Virus record (IMG/VR): IMGVR_UViG_3300025502_000065
Span: 1-37,318 of that record
Strand: one strand, 5' to 3'
Origin: a virus
Lineage: Duplodnaviria > Caudoviricetes
DNA length: 37,318 bases
Under the pieces are notes generated by a model that made no database searches, was not told the origin of the DNA, and was given only the letters and a program-made list of their open reading frames with translations. A program made the position numbers and the translations under genes. Below are positions 28,462 through 36,162 of the stretch, piece by piece (the first letter of the stretch is position 1; each line of letters starts with the position of its first letter).

Positions 28462-28878
28462 ATGCTCAAATCAATAAACGAGATCGCTTCAATCGTCGGG
28501 GCTGACAGAGCTACGGTAAAGCGACGCGCCGACCAGCTAGGGCTTGCCGGGCAGGAAGGTGAGAAAAACTCAGTCTGTTACGATACGCGGATCATGCTTC
28601 AACTTGTGCCGGCCCCGTCGCGGAATAGCGATACCGGCGAAGGAGTGACGCTTGAGGAGGCGAGAATCCGGCAGACGGTAGCAGACGCCCGAGTGAAGGA
28701 GTTTGCCGCAGCGAAAGCGGAAGGACTGCTTGCCGACATCGAAGAATTGCTTGCCGCTCAGAATGCAATCTTTGATGTCGTGATCGGGCAGGTCAAAGCA
28801 AGCTCGATGACCGAGGATGAAAAAGAGGATTGTCTTTCGGCGATGGCGAAACAGGCGGAGTTTTGGCGGGATGTTTAA
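28462..28878 (+). CDS. terS: Terminase small subunit (Nu1-like)
   Basis: N-terminal wHTH SINEIASIVGADRATV; EEARIRQTVADAR coiled coil; G.L motif. Confidence 0.72.
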   Translation: MLKSINEIASIVGADRATVKRRADQLGLAGQEGEKNSVCYDTRIMLQLVPAPSRNSDTGEGVTLEEARIRQTVADARVKEFAAAKAEGLLADIEELLAAQNAIFDVVIGQVKASSMTEDEKEDCLSAMAKQAEFWRDV

Positions 28879-29465
28879 CGCATCCGCGCCGAGTGTCGCC
28901 TTGCGCCCTCTGCGATCTTCTTGTTGATGTATTCCCGCTTGTCCTTTGCTACGGCATCGATTCCGCTTTGCATGGCGGGCTGAATGATGTTCGCCGCGTG
29001 CTTGTCTTGGATGCCGGAAATATCAAGAACCGCCTGCGGCCGGATTGAGTTTCGCGCCCTCGTTGCCGTTGGCCCGCTCGGCAGGCTACGCCCAATCGCG
29101 GACCTCATATTGCCCCCGAGATCCTTCGCAAGCTTTAGGAAAATGGCTTTTGAATAATTGATGGCCCTCACCCTCGCGTCGAAAATCTTTTGAGCCATTT
29201 TCGCATTGCCTTGGCCCTTGACCGCCTTGCCGAACTTCGTTGCGCCGGTTGCCGCGAGCGAGTGGAATAGTTTTCCGTTGGCGTCGGCTCGTTTGATGTT
29301 GTTAGGAGTTGCCCTTTTTGCCGATCGGTTAGCGTGAAATGCAACGTCGATAGCGATTTTATTCACCGCCTCCGGTAGCGTCTTGGACGTGTAAGCCATG
29401 TAATCCCGCAGCGCCCGTTCAAGCTCGCCGGTGTCCACTCTAATTCTCACTGAGTCGTTGGTCAT
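28875..29465 (-). CDS. Putative tail completion/neck protein (HK97 gp10-like)
   Basis: Basic protein; VD..ELERAL start; IIQPAM C-terminal motif; last gene of the tail block. Confidence 0.55.
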   Translation of the reverse strand: MTNDSVRIRVDTGELERALRDYMAYTSKTLPEAVNKIAIDVAFHANRSAKRATPNNIKRADANGKLFHSLAATGATKFGKAVKGQGNAKMAQKIFDARVRAINYSKAIFLKLAKDLGGNMRSAIGRSLPSGPTATRARNSIRPQAVLDISGIQDKHAANIIQPAMQSGIDAVAKDKREYINKKIAEGARRHSARMR

Positions 29466-29474
29466 GGCCTAACA

Positions 29475-29693
29475 TTACTCCCAATCCTCGGCAAAATCGC
29501 CTAGAATCTCGCGAGCCTTTGCCTTGGCTGATCGCCCCGGCGTGACAAGCTCAACCTTCGGGATCTTCGCAAGCGAGATATTGCGGAGCTGCATCCCGAT
29601 CACGAGCGGGAGAACGTCCACATAATATTCCCACGGCATACCGGGAAGCTCAGATGCTACTGTGGAAACGTAGTCTGCATCTGACCCGATCAC
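29475..29693 (-). CDS. Tail assembly chaperone T part (probably reached by -1 frameshift)
   Basis: GTG start in the -1 frame overlapping the upstream stop; W....LPL motif. Confidence 0.6.
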   Translation of the reverse strand: MIGSDADYVSTVASELPGMPWEYYVDVLPLVIGMQLRNISLAKIPKVELVTPGRSAKAKAREILGDFAEDWE

Positions 29694-30151
29694 TCCCCCA
29701 GCGTATCGCTGTTAGCGGACCCGCCGTGAGAATCGACCGTTGCCTCTACGCCGTCGATGTCGGCCTTGATTTGCATGATGACCGCAAAGGCTTCTTCGTA
29801 TTCGCCGGATCCGCATTCGGATTCAATCCACCAGTCAAACGCCTCGCCGAACGCCTTATCGGGATTGAGCGCCGCCCTTCGTGCCCGTGTCGCATCGCCT
29901 GACAGTAGCCACATCACTTTGATCGCGCTCCGGTCGAGAAAGTCGTTTCCGGTCGCAATAACTTGTTCTCCTCCCGCAAACTCCATTTCAAAGCCGAACG
30001 GAAACGCCCTCATGAGCCTCGCCGCGTTTGAAATTAGCTTCGTCACGGGGTTTAGAGTTTTACCCCTAAAGTTGAACTCCGTGGCTCGCATTGCGGCCAT
30101 GTCAGGGTCTGCCTCGCGCTCGATGTCTTCGATTGTCAGTGTTTCGCTCAT
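29690..30151 (-). CDS. Tail assembly chaperone G
   Basis: Acidic protein ending CTG GGG GAG TGA (LGE*). Confidence 0.65.
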   Translation of the reverse strand: MSETLTIEDIEREADPDMAAMRATEFNFRGKTLNPVTKLISNAARLMRAFPFGFEMEFAGGEQVIATGNDFLDRSAIKVMWLLSGDATRARRAALNPDKAFGEAFDWWIESECGSGEYEEAFAVIMQIKADIDGVEATVDSHGGSANSDTLGE

Positions 30152-30810
30152 GTCCATTTTTTTAGTAGTTTCTGAAAGTTTTTCCCCTGCGGAATGATTA
30201 GCGGAAATCTGTCATCCCGCTCAATTTTGATCGCCTTACTGGCGCTTTTCCACGAGTCCTTGAGCTCAAGATATTGAGCGACCCATGCCTTAACCCATGC
30301 AAACATTGACGGAGTCCAGTTGGCGTCAAATGCCGACGCAAACTTCGCCCCGTTGCGACTTTTTGCGGAGCGCATAAGCCCCGCGAAGTCTGACATGATT
30401 TGCGCGGATCTCTCTTCGGCGTCAGAGACGCTTTTAGATCCGATTGGAAACTTACCCTGCTCGAAATGGCGAATGGTCGCTACGGCTCCGGTGAGGTGCA
30501 GGACTTCAATGTCATCCGCGATCTTCGCCCATTCGTCGGGCGTCTTGCACGCAACGAGCCGGGCTTTGATTGTCGCTGATTCGGCAAGCTCCGTGTCAGG
30601 CGCAGCCCATACTTTAGCGATTGCTAGAGGGTTGACGCCCTGCCCGTCGCTCAAATAAAAATGGATGTCCCCAGGTTCCCCGCGGTCGTATTTCTTGAGC
30701 TTGGAATACGTGTTTGAAATGCCGGGTGTTCCCTCGGCTAATTCGATCCCACAAACGGCGCAAGCTGCGGCAAAGCGCAGGCAATGCGTCGGAATTAGAG
30801 TGACTTGCAT
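30148..30810 (-). CDS. Hypothetical protein within tail operon
   Basis: 220-aa ORF between tail tube and chaperone. Confidence 0.75.
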   Translation of the reverse strand: MQVTLIPTHCLRFAAACAVCGIELAEGTPGISNTYSKLKKYDRGEPGDIHFYLSDGQGVNPLAIAKVWAAPDTELAESATIKARLVACKTPDEWAKIADDIEVLHLTGAVATIRHFEQGKFPIGSKSVSDAEERSAQIMSDFAGLMRSAKSRNGAKFASAFDANWTPSMFAWVKAWVAQYLELKDSWKSASKAIKIERDDRFPLIIPQGKNFQKLLKKWT

Positions 30811-30812
30811 TT

Positions 30813-31193
30813 TTAGGCAATGTCAGGAAATTTCTCAAACGATACAGATGCCGTGGCGAGCGATCCCCGATCCTGGCTGATTGAAATTTCATTCATATAC
30901 CAGCCCCCTGTGGTGACCCCGTAGCCGTCAATGCCGTTCGCTATGGTTTCCGCAACTCCCTGAGCAACGCCAAGAACGCCGGTAAGGGCGGCGGTATTCA
31001 CCTCGCCGGTGATAGTGCAAGAGCTGGAGATCAGGAAGTTGTGCACAAAGCCCGTCGGTGAACCGGCTTTGTTTTCAATGTTGATTCTCTCATTGGCCCA
31101 ACTCTGTTCAAAACCTTGAATATTGATTCCGGTTTCAACGGAGGCGACGCCTTTTTGATAGTCTGCGGCAGATACGTAGGTTGGAGTTGGCAT
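30813..31193 (-). CDS. Major tail (tube) protein
   Basis: 126 aa, beta-rich Hcp/tube-like pattern (IENKAG; CTITG; ISISQ...ATASVS). Confidence 0.68.
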   Translation of the reverse strand: MPTPTYVSAADYQKGVASVETGINIQGFEQSWANERINIENKAGSPTGFVHNFLISSSCTITGEVNTAALTGVLGVAQGVAETIANGIDGYGVTTGGWYMNEISISQDRGSLATASVSFEKFPDIA

Positions 31194-31197
31194 GGTG

Positions 31198-31611
31198 TTA
31201 GAGTGGTTGGATTGATGCTGAAAGTGATTGTGTTACGACTCGGGAGTTTTCATCTTCGACAACGCGAGAAGCGCCGATGAGTTCGACGGCCTGACCGCGA
31301 GGCATGACGAATGACCTGCCCGCGTTGGCCTCAATCGTTTCTTTAGCAGCGTGAGCCGTGCCGATCATGGCGCTCATGAGTTGGAGTTGAATACCTGAAA
31401 GGTTTTTGCATTGCACCTCAATACCCACGTCGAAAATGTTTGTCCCGATAGGATTCTCAGGGCCCGACTCCGCACGAACCCCGATAGATACGAACTGATC
31501 ATCGGCAGAATCACTATAAGACGCGACACGAACGCCGGGGAAGGCCTCACGCAAAACCGCAAGAATTGAATCCTCAACTCGAGTTGAAAGGTCTGGTTTG
31601 GTGCTAGTCAT
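31198..31611 (-). CDS. Putative tail terminator protein
   Basis: Position and size; VEDSI..VL N-terminal helix. Confidence 0.58.
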   Translation of the reverse strand: MTSTKPDLSTRVEDSILAVLREAFPGVRVASYSDSADDQFVSIGVRAESGPENPIGTNIFDVGIEVQCKNLSGIQLQLMSAMIGTAHAAKETIEANAGRSFVMPRGQAVELIGASRVVEDENSRVVTQSLSASIQPL

Positions 31612-31903
31612 TCGTTAATGTGAGTGTGAGGATTTTCTCCCCTGATTTGTTGATGGATGAAATGCGGTATTTCTTGCCGCCCCTCATCGCCGATTCGGTT
31701 TCCCTCGGTGGGTCTCCTCGGTTGATAATTGTTGCTAGGATTGTTTCGTCCCGGCTGTGTAGTCCAAATTCGGACGCCTCCATCGTGTTTGCCCCCACCT
31801 CGATATGCGCCCGGTAGTTCCGGCCCGCGATGTTGATCACCTCGCCGTCCATCGCGATCAGGTCAGATACTGCGGAGACTTGATCGTTTCTCGCGTAGCT
31901 CAT
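31604..31903 (-). CDS. Putative head closure/stopper (gpFII-like)
   Basis: GEVINI; GKKYRISSI...LTLTL. Confidence 0.62.
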   Translation of the reverse strand: MSYARNDQVSAVSDLIAMDGEVINIAGRNYRAHIEVGANTMEASEFGLHSRDETILATIINRGDPPRETESAMRGGKKYRISSINKSGEKILTLTLTND

Positions 31904-32142
31904 TTGCCGATCAGGGTTTTTACTTGCGATTCAATGCCGCTCTTGTGGTCTTCGGCAAGGAAAGATTTCAGATTGGCCCGCTCATCTTCGACGATTGCCT
32001 CAACAGCCTCCGTTTTACCGGAGAGAGTTTCGATGATCGCTAGAATTCGCTTGACCCTCGTCACGCGATCCCCATCAGGTGCATCGCCGGAACGATACGG
32101 CAATGCACCTTTGCCGGGAACGGATGGCAGAGATTCGATCAT
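31900..32142 (-). CDS. Hypothetical protein in head operon
   Basis: ATGA-coupled 80-aa ORF. Confidence 0.65.
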   Translation of the reverse strand: MIESLPSVPGKGALPYRSGDAPDGDRVTRVKRILAIIETLSGKTEAVEAIVEDERANLKSFLAEDHKSGIESQVKTLIGK

Positions 32143-32546
32143 TTGATGATTTCGCCGGTAAGAATGGTCGCGATATTGCTACCGCCCGCAGCTTCAACGG
32201 CGGCTTTGAACCCGGTAAATGCGGCCACATTCTGACCCAGCTCAAAATCGACGTAACCGGCCGCAAAGCCAGTGTCGCCGGTAATGGTGTAGGTCGAACC
32301 TGGATCGGTCGCATCGGCAAGGGTTGATGTTGCGCTGCTCTGTAGCGTGATGATCAGGGTTTTGGTCGCGACCAGAACGCTGTTGACGGGCCACGAAACA
32401 CGGAGCTTGGTGCCCTCCCGATGCGGTCCCTTGCCGCCGATTTCGATAGCGTCAGAGGTAGCGGCGGCCCCGGCGGCAGGAAGCGCCTTGGTTACAGTCA
32501 GTAGCGCATCGGATGCGTTGCGACGATTTACAATGTTAGTGCTCAT
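32139..32546 (-). CDS. Capsid cement/decoration protein (Bbp16-like jelly roll)
   Basis: DALL...A.ATSDAIEIG...L.ITLQSS pattern directly after the capsid gene. Confidence 0.62.
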   Translation of the reverse strand: MSTNIVNRRNASDALLTVTKALPAAGAAATSDAIEIGGKGPHREGTKLRVSWPVNSVLVATKTLIITLQSSATSTLADATDPGSTYTITGDTGFAAGYVDFELGQNVAAFTGFKAAVEAAGGSNIATILTGEIIK

Positions 32547-32564
32547 AATATTATTTCGTGAGGA

Positions 32565-34550
32565 TTAGACGGTTTCTGCGTTTGACAGGTTGATGGTCGA
32601 ATAGATCGGAACGCCGAAATACTCCTCCGGGAGCGGCGATGGTGAGCCGGTCGGATTGTAGGTCGTGCGAGAAACCTGTAGCTGCGACTGGCTCCGAGGA
32701 GTCATGAATATAGCATTTGGGTTCATGCCGATTTCACGGGCCTTCTGGAACGCTTGTGCGAGCAGAATGTCAGTGAGTCCTTTGCCGCTGTCAGTGCCAA
32801 CGTTCTTGACTCGGATAGCTGCGTTTTTGTTCGCGAGTCGAGGAGTGATCCTGCCCTCGATCCAGTTTTGCAAAACGCGGAGGCTATCGCCGTTAGCGTC
32901 TTGATGGGTAACCTCTTTCCAGTCGGAGAAACTAAAGGCCGAATCATTGCCGTAAACGTGATCAAGGCTGTATTGGCCAAGCTCAAGGATCCAGACGGAC
33001 GTTTTCGCGGTCGAGCCTGTCGCGTCGAGGACGTGCGTCGCAGCGGCAGAGGACTGAGCGAGAAGGCCTGGAGGTGCCTTCGTGTCGGAACTCATCGCGG
33101 TGCCGCCATACCAGCTTTGCGCTGCGACATGCTCAAGCACGTCCTTGGTTCGCGCAACGGTCTGGTTGAGGAGGAAGCGACCTGGATCACGCGAGGCATT
33201 TAGAACGCCTTGGATGTCTACGTTAATATACTCCGAGACGATACCGGTCTGGAAGACGCGGCTTTCAAACTCGGCTTTCTGGGGGGTCGTGCCCTCGTTT
33301 GCGTAGCGGAAAGATGCGGTTCCCTTTGTGGTCCTGACAGAAAGAGAAATAGTGTCACCGATGATGGTGTCAGTCGGGAAGATTCCGATTTCAGGAATCA
33401 TCTGCACCGCCTCCTCGATTACAGGATAACCGATTCCGAGGTCGCTTTTGGCAACATCGAGAAGGGTGAGCGAACCGGCCATGGAGCGGTGAAATGTCAC
33501 GCCACCGTTCCCAGTTAGGTAATTCCTCCCTTCGCTGATGACTTGGACGCGAGAAGGGATTTGAAGCCCGGCACCGCGAGCGCCAAGAGCCAGCTTTGCA
33601 GCGTTGCCCCATGCGTTTTCGGTGTGAGCGCGTGTGCCTACGCCTGCGTCCGGAATGTCTGCGGTTCCTTTTGGCATAGTGTAGGATGCAGATCCGTCGC
33701 GGAGCTTGCCGACGATGGCCGCCCGGAAATCGTCAACTGTTGCGCCTCGCTTGAGCGCGTCCTTGATGTCTTCGGCGGAAATGTCGAACTCGGTTCCCAT
33801 CTCGCGGATCTCGGTTTGACGGGCGATTTCGAGACGGGCGATTTCAGCGGCTCGCTTTTCCAGGCGGGCGGCCTCGATGACCTTATCGTTTTCGAGTTGT
33901 TCGGCGCTGCGGGTCACGACTGGCGCAACATCAACGGCGGGTTTCTCCGGCGCGACTGCTGGAGCAACGGCGCGGACTTCTTCGGTTTGAGCCTCGGACT
34001 TTTCCATAATAATTTGAGTTGATAGTTGAGCGGCACGAAGGCCGAAAATTGAAGCAGCATCCCTGACACCGACAGAATCGTCGGCAGGGATTGAGACGAC
34101 CGAGACCTCAAAAGGCTCCCAGTCATCGACTCGGTAGGTGTCTTTATTGCCGTTTTTGGCGGACTCGGAAAGAGTCATTTTGTGGACGCGATAGCCGACA
34201 GACACTTTGTTCCGGATGCCGTCTAACACATCCTGAAAGATTGCCTCACCGGCAGGAGACTTTGAGAAGCGGACAAGGGCCCGGCCCTTGCCTGACTTGA
34301 TTGATGCAGATTCGACAACGCCGATCTGATTGCGGGAATCGTGATCAAGCAGGAGTGGTGCCTTGTTATTGAGCCTGTCGAGTCTAACAGACGCTGACTT
34401 GTGGTCGAGGACTTCCCGACCGAACCATCTATCCACAGGTGCTTCGCTGGAAAAGTCCATTTCGACCGTCCGTGCATCGGCGTCAACGGATGCGCGAACA
34501 AGGTCAAAGCTCCTCGTCATCGGCTGCATTTCTTGGGAAATTCCTGACAT
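32565..34550 (-). CDS. Prohead protease (HK97 U35-type) - scaffold - major capsid fusion
   Basis: FSSE; LLLDHD..QIG; VSVGY; WEPFEVSVVSIPAD; coiled-coil linker; FRYANEG, TSVWILELG, FGVPI. Confidence 0.93.
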   Translation of the reverse strand: MSGISQEMQPMTRSFDLVRASVDADARTVEMDFSSEAPVDRWFGREVLDHKSASVRLDRLNNKAPLLLDHDSRNQIGVVESASIKSGKGRALVRFSKSPAGEAIFQDVLDGIRNKVSVGYRVHKMTLSESAKNGNKDTYRVDDWEPFEVSVVSIPADDSVGVRDAASIFGLRAAQLSTQIIMEKSEAQTEEVRAVAPAVAPEKPAVDVAPVVTRSAEQLENDKVIEAARLEKRAAEIARLEIARQTEIREMGTEFDISAEDIKDALKRGATVDDFRAAIVGKLRDGSASYTMPKGTADIPDAGVGTRAHTENAWGNAAKLALGARGAGLQIPSRVQVISEGRNYLTGNGGVTFHRSMAGSLTLLDVAKSDLGIGYPVIEEAVQMIPEIGIFPTDTIIGDTISLSVRTTKGTASFRYANEGTTPQKAEFESRVFQTGIVSEYINVDIQGVLNASRDPGRFLLNQTVARTKDVLEHVAAQSWYGGTAMSSDTKAPPGLLAQSSAAATHVLDATGSTAKTSVWILELGQYSLDHVYGNDSAFSFSDWKEVTHQDANGDSLRVLQNWIEGRITPRLANKNAAIRVKNVGTDSGKGLTDILLAQAFQKAREIGMNPNAIFMTPRSQSQLQVSRTTYNPTGSPSPLPEEYFGVPIYSTINLSNAETV

Positions 34551-34608
34551 TAGGATAAAAAGCCCCTAATATATCGCCATTGCAAGAATTATTTTCGCGG
34601 GATGTTAG
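34551..34608 (-). promoter_or_regulatory. Conserved late promoter motif (capsid/tail operon)
   Basis: TTGCAA tggcgatatattagggg CTTTTT atccta ATG. Confidence 0.78.
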
Positions 34609-34614
34609 GACACG

Positions 34615-34643
34615 AAAAAGCCCGCCGGATTAGGGCGGGCTTT
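34615..34643 (-). terminator. Intrinsic terminator upstream of capsid promoter
   Basis: Minus strand AAAGCCCGCC-ctaatcc-GGCGGGCTTTTT. Confidence 0.8.
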
Positions 34644-34664
34644 ACGGGATCGGAATGGTGGCGG

Positions 34665-34784
34665 TTAACCTCGTCGAGCGTGTTGCGCCAAATGTAGAAA
34701 CCAAAGGACAAATACCGCGATGTGAGCAGCCCAATGGATCCCGCCGATTAGGTGCATGAGGAGGAATGCAATGAGGAGAGTCAT
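34665..34784 (-). CDS. 39-aa His-rich membrane peptide, not in ORF track
   Basis: MTLLIAFLLMHLIGGIHWAAHIAVFVLWFLHLAQHARRG; ATGA overlap. Confidence 0.55.
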   Translation of the reverse strand: MTLLIAFLLMHLIGGIHWAAHIAVFVLWFLHLAQHARRG

Positions 34785-35170
34785 CGTGTCCCCTTCCCCT
34801 CAAACGCCCGAGACATGAGCTTCGACCCGATCACGTTGACGCAAGCGGCCGCGATCTTTTTGGGATCGACGAATCCCCATGCCGGAGTGTGAAACCCGAC
34901 CTCGGCGGCAATTGCCAAAATGTCATCGTCGGTAACCCGGTCTTCCTCGATTGCAATCTCATCCTCGCCTGGCTCAATGCCTGAGCCGTTGCACCATTCG
35001 CAGTTGAGGATATCGGTCACGTTGCCGTCTTCGTCATGATCCTCCAATAGACCGGTGCCGCCGCAAACCCTGCACGGGTCGCCCGCTTTCGGGATTGGCT
35101 CGGCGATGTTCTCTGTCAGGACTTGCTTTCGTGGTCTGCCCGCGCGCTTCTTTTCTGTAATATTTTCCAT
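34781..35170 (-). CDS. AT-hook + DnaJ-type CxxCxGxG zinc-finger protein
   Basis: RAGRPRK; CRVCGGTG ... CEWCNGSG. Confidence 0.75.
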   Translation of the reverse strand: MENITEKKRAGRPRKQVLTENIAEPIPKAGDPCRVCGGTGLLEDHDEDGNVTDILNCEWCNGSGIEPGEDEIAIEEDRVTDDDILAIAAEVGFHTPAWGFVDPKKIAAACVNVIGSKLMSRAFEGKGTR

Positions 35171-35376
35171 GCCGCTCGTTTCTTTTGGTTTTCTGGTATT
35201 GTTTTGATGAGCCTGATTCCCATTTCAGGAGCCAAGATGAGATTCCATGCGGTTCTTTCGAGGGCATCCGATGCCGCAGACAGGCACGTAAAGTCGAAAT
35301 GATTGGCGACCGCTGCCGTTGATGTGCCGGGGTGACCCTCGATCCATGCGATTATTCGGAGCTGTCGGTCGGTCAT
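35116..35376 (-). CDS. Putative winged-helix protein
   Basis: MTDRQLRIIAWIEGHPGTSTAAVANHF. Confidence 0.55.
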   Translation of the reverse strand: MTDRQLRIIAWIEGHPGTSTAAVANHFDFTCLSAASDALERTAWNLILAPEMGIRLIKTIPENQKKRAAWKILQKRSARADHESKS

Positions 35377-35429
35377 GCTGAGTATTCGAGGGCTACAAGG
35401 CGATAAATCGGAATTTCACCATCGCCGCA

Positions 35430-35530
35430 AAATAAAAAGCCGCCCGGAAGCAATGCCCCCAGGACAACTGGTAAAATGATTCTAGCGTTAGATTCATTTT
35501 ACCACATCTAAGGCGACTTTGCAACCGGCG
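35430..35530. repeat. ~100-bp direct repeat, copy 1 (antisense RNA module)
   Basis: aaataaaaagccgcccggaagcaatgccccc...ggtaaaatga...tcattttaccacatctaaggcgactttgcaaccggcg; slightly diverged. Confidence 0.95.
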
Positions 35531-35545
35531 GGATCATACACCGCC

Positions 35546-35596
35546 ATGACAAATTTATCAATCGAGGAGGCCAAGGAACGGCTTCCCGAAAGATAG
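35546..35596 (+). pseudogene. 16-codon remnant of primase start
   Basis: MTNLSIEEAKERLPER*, near-identical to the start of 35956..36123. Confidence 0.65.
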
Positions 35597-35657
35597 GTGG
35601 ACACGAAAGGCGGCGCTGTCCATTTATCCGCCCTCTCATGTTGGGTATTATCCCTTC

Positions 35658-35855
35658 ATGACCCCAACTCTACACCCAAAAGAAGACCGCCAACTGTCCC
35701 GCAAGGAACTGTCTGCGCGGTGGAACCTCTCGACTAAAACCCTCAAGCGCCGCGAGAAGGAGGGCATACTCCGCCCCTTGTCATTCGGAGCGCGGACGGT
35801 GCGCTATCGTCTCTCGGAAATCCTGGCCATCGAGGAGGACGCCGCCGCAAAATAA
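35658..35855 (+). CDS. AlpA/excisionase-like wHTH protein
   Basis: LSRKELSARWNLSTKTLKRREKEG...VRYRLSEI; TATTAT 6 nt before the ATG. Confidence 0.88.
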   Translation: MTPTLHPKEDRQLSRKELSARWNLSTKTLKRREKEGILRPLSFGARTVRYRLSEILAIEEDAAAK

Positions 35856-35948
35856 AAAGCCGCCCGGAAGCAATGCCCCCGGACGGCTGGTAAAATGATC
35901 TAACGCTAGATTCATTTTACCACATCTAAGGCGACTTTGCAACCGGCG
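35850..35948. repeat. ~100-bp direct repeat, copy 2
   Basis: Matches copy 3 over its length. Confidence 0.95.
35853..35908 (-). ncRNA. Predicted ~55-nt counter-transcribed RNA (also in copies 1 and 3)
   Basis: Minus-strand TTGCAA(35942-35937)-17 nt-TAAAAT(35919-35914), then AGCCGtCCGG-loop-CCGGgCGGCTTTTT terminator. Confidence 0.6.
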
Positions 35949-35955
35949 AAACGTC

Positions 35956-36123
35956 ATGAATAATTTATCACTCGACGAGGCCAAGGAACGGCTTCCGCTT
36001 CGCGAGCTGGCCCGTAGCCTGGGGCTTGAGGCACCCGATCGGGACGGGCAGACCTTTCAATGCTGGTTCGCCGCCACCCGCCACGCTAACACCCCGCGAA
36101 AATCTAACATCCCGCGAAAATAG
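35956..36123 (+). pseudogene. Truncated primase (N-terminal zinc-binding-domain fragment)
   Basis: MNNLSLDEAKERLPLRELARSLGL...FQCWF...RHAN resembles the start of a CHC2-type domain; the frame runs into the promoter copy and stops. Confidence 0.6.
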
Positions 36124-36162
36124 TTGTTGCAATGGCGATATATTAGGGGCTTCTTGGCTAGG
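36104..36162 (+). promoter_or_regulatory. Inverted copy of the capsid late promoter
   Basis: 36104-36152 equals the reverse complement of 34560-34608 at 47/49 nt. Confidence 0.9.

Noticed and set aside
36124-36162. TTG start for the second HTH gene as given in the ORF track
   Set aside because: This segment is the promoter copy; ATG 36163 fits the leaderless spacing
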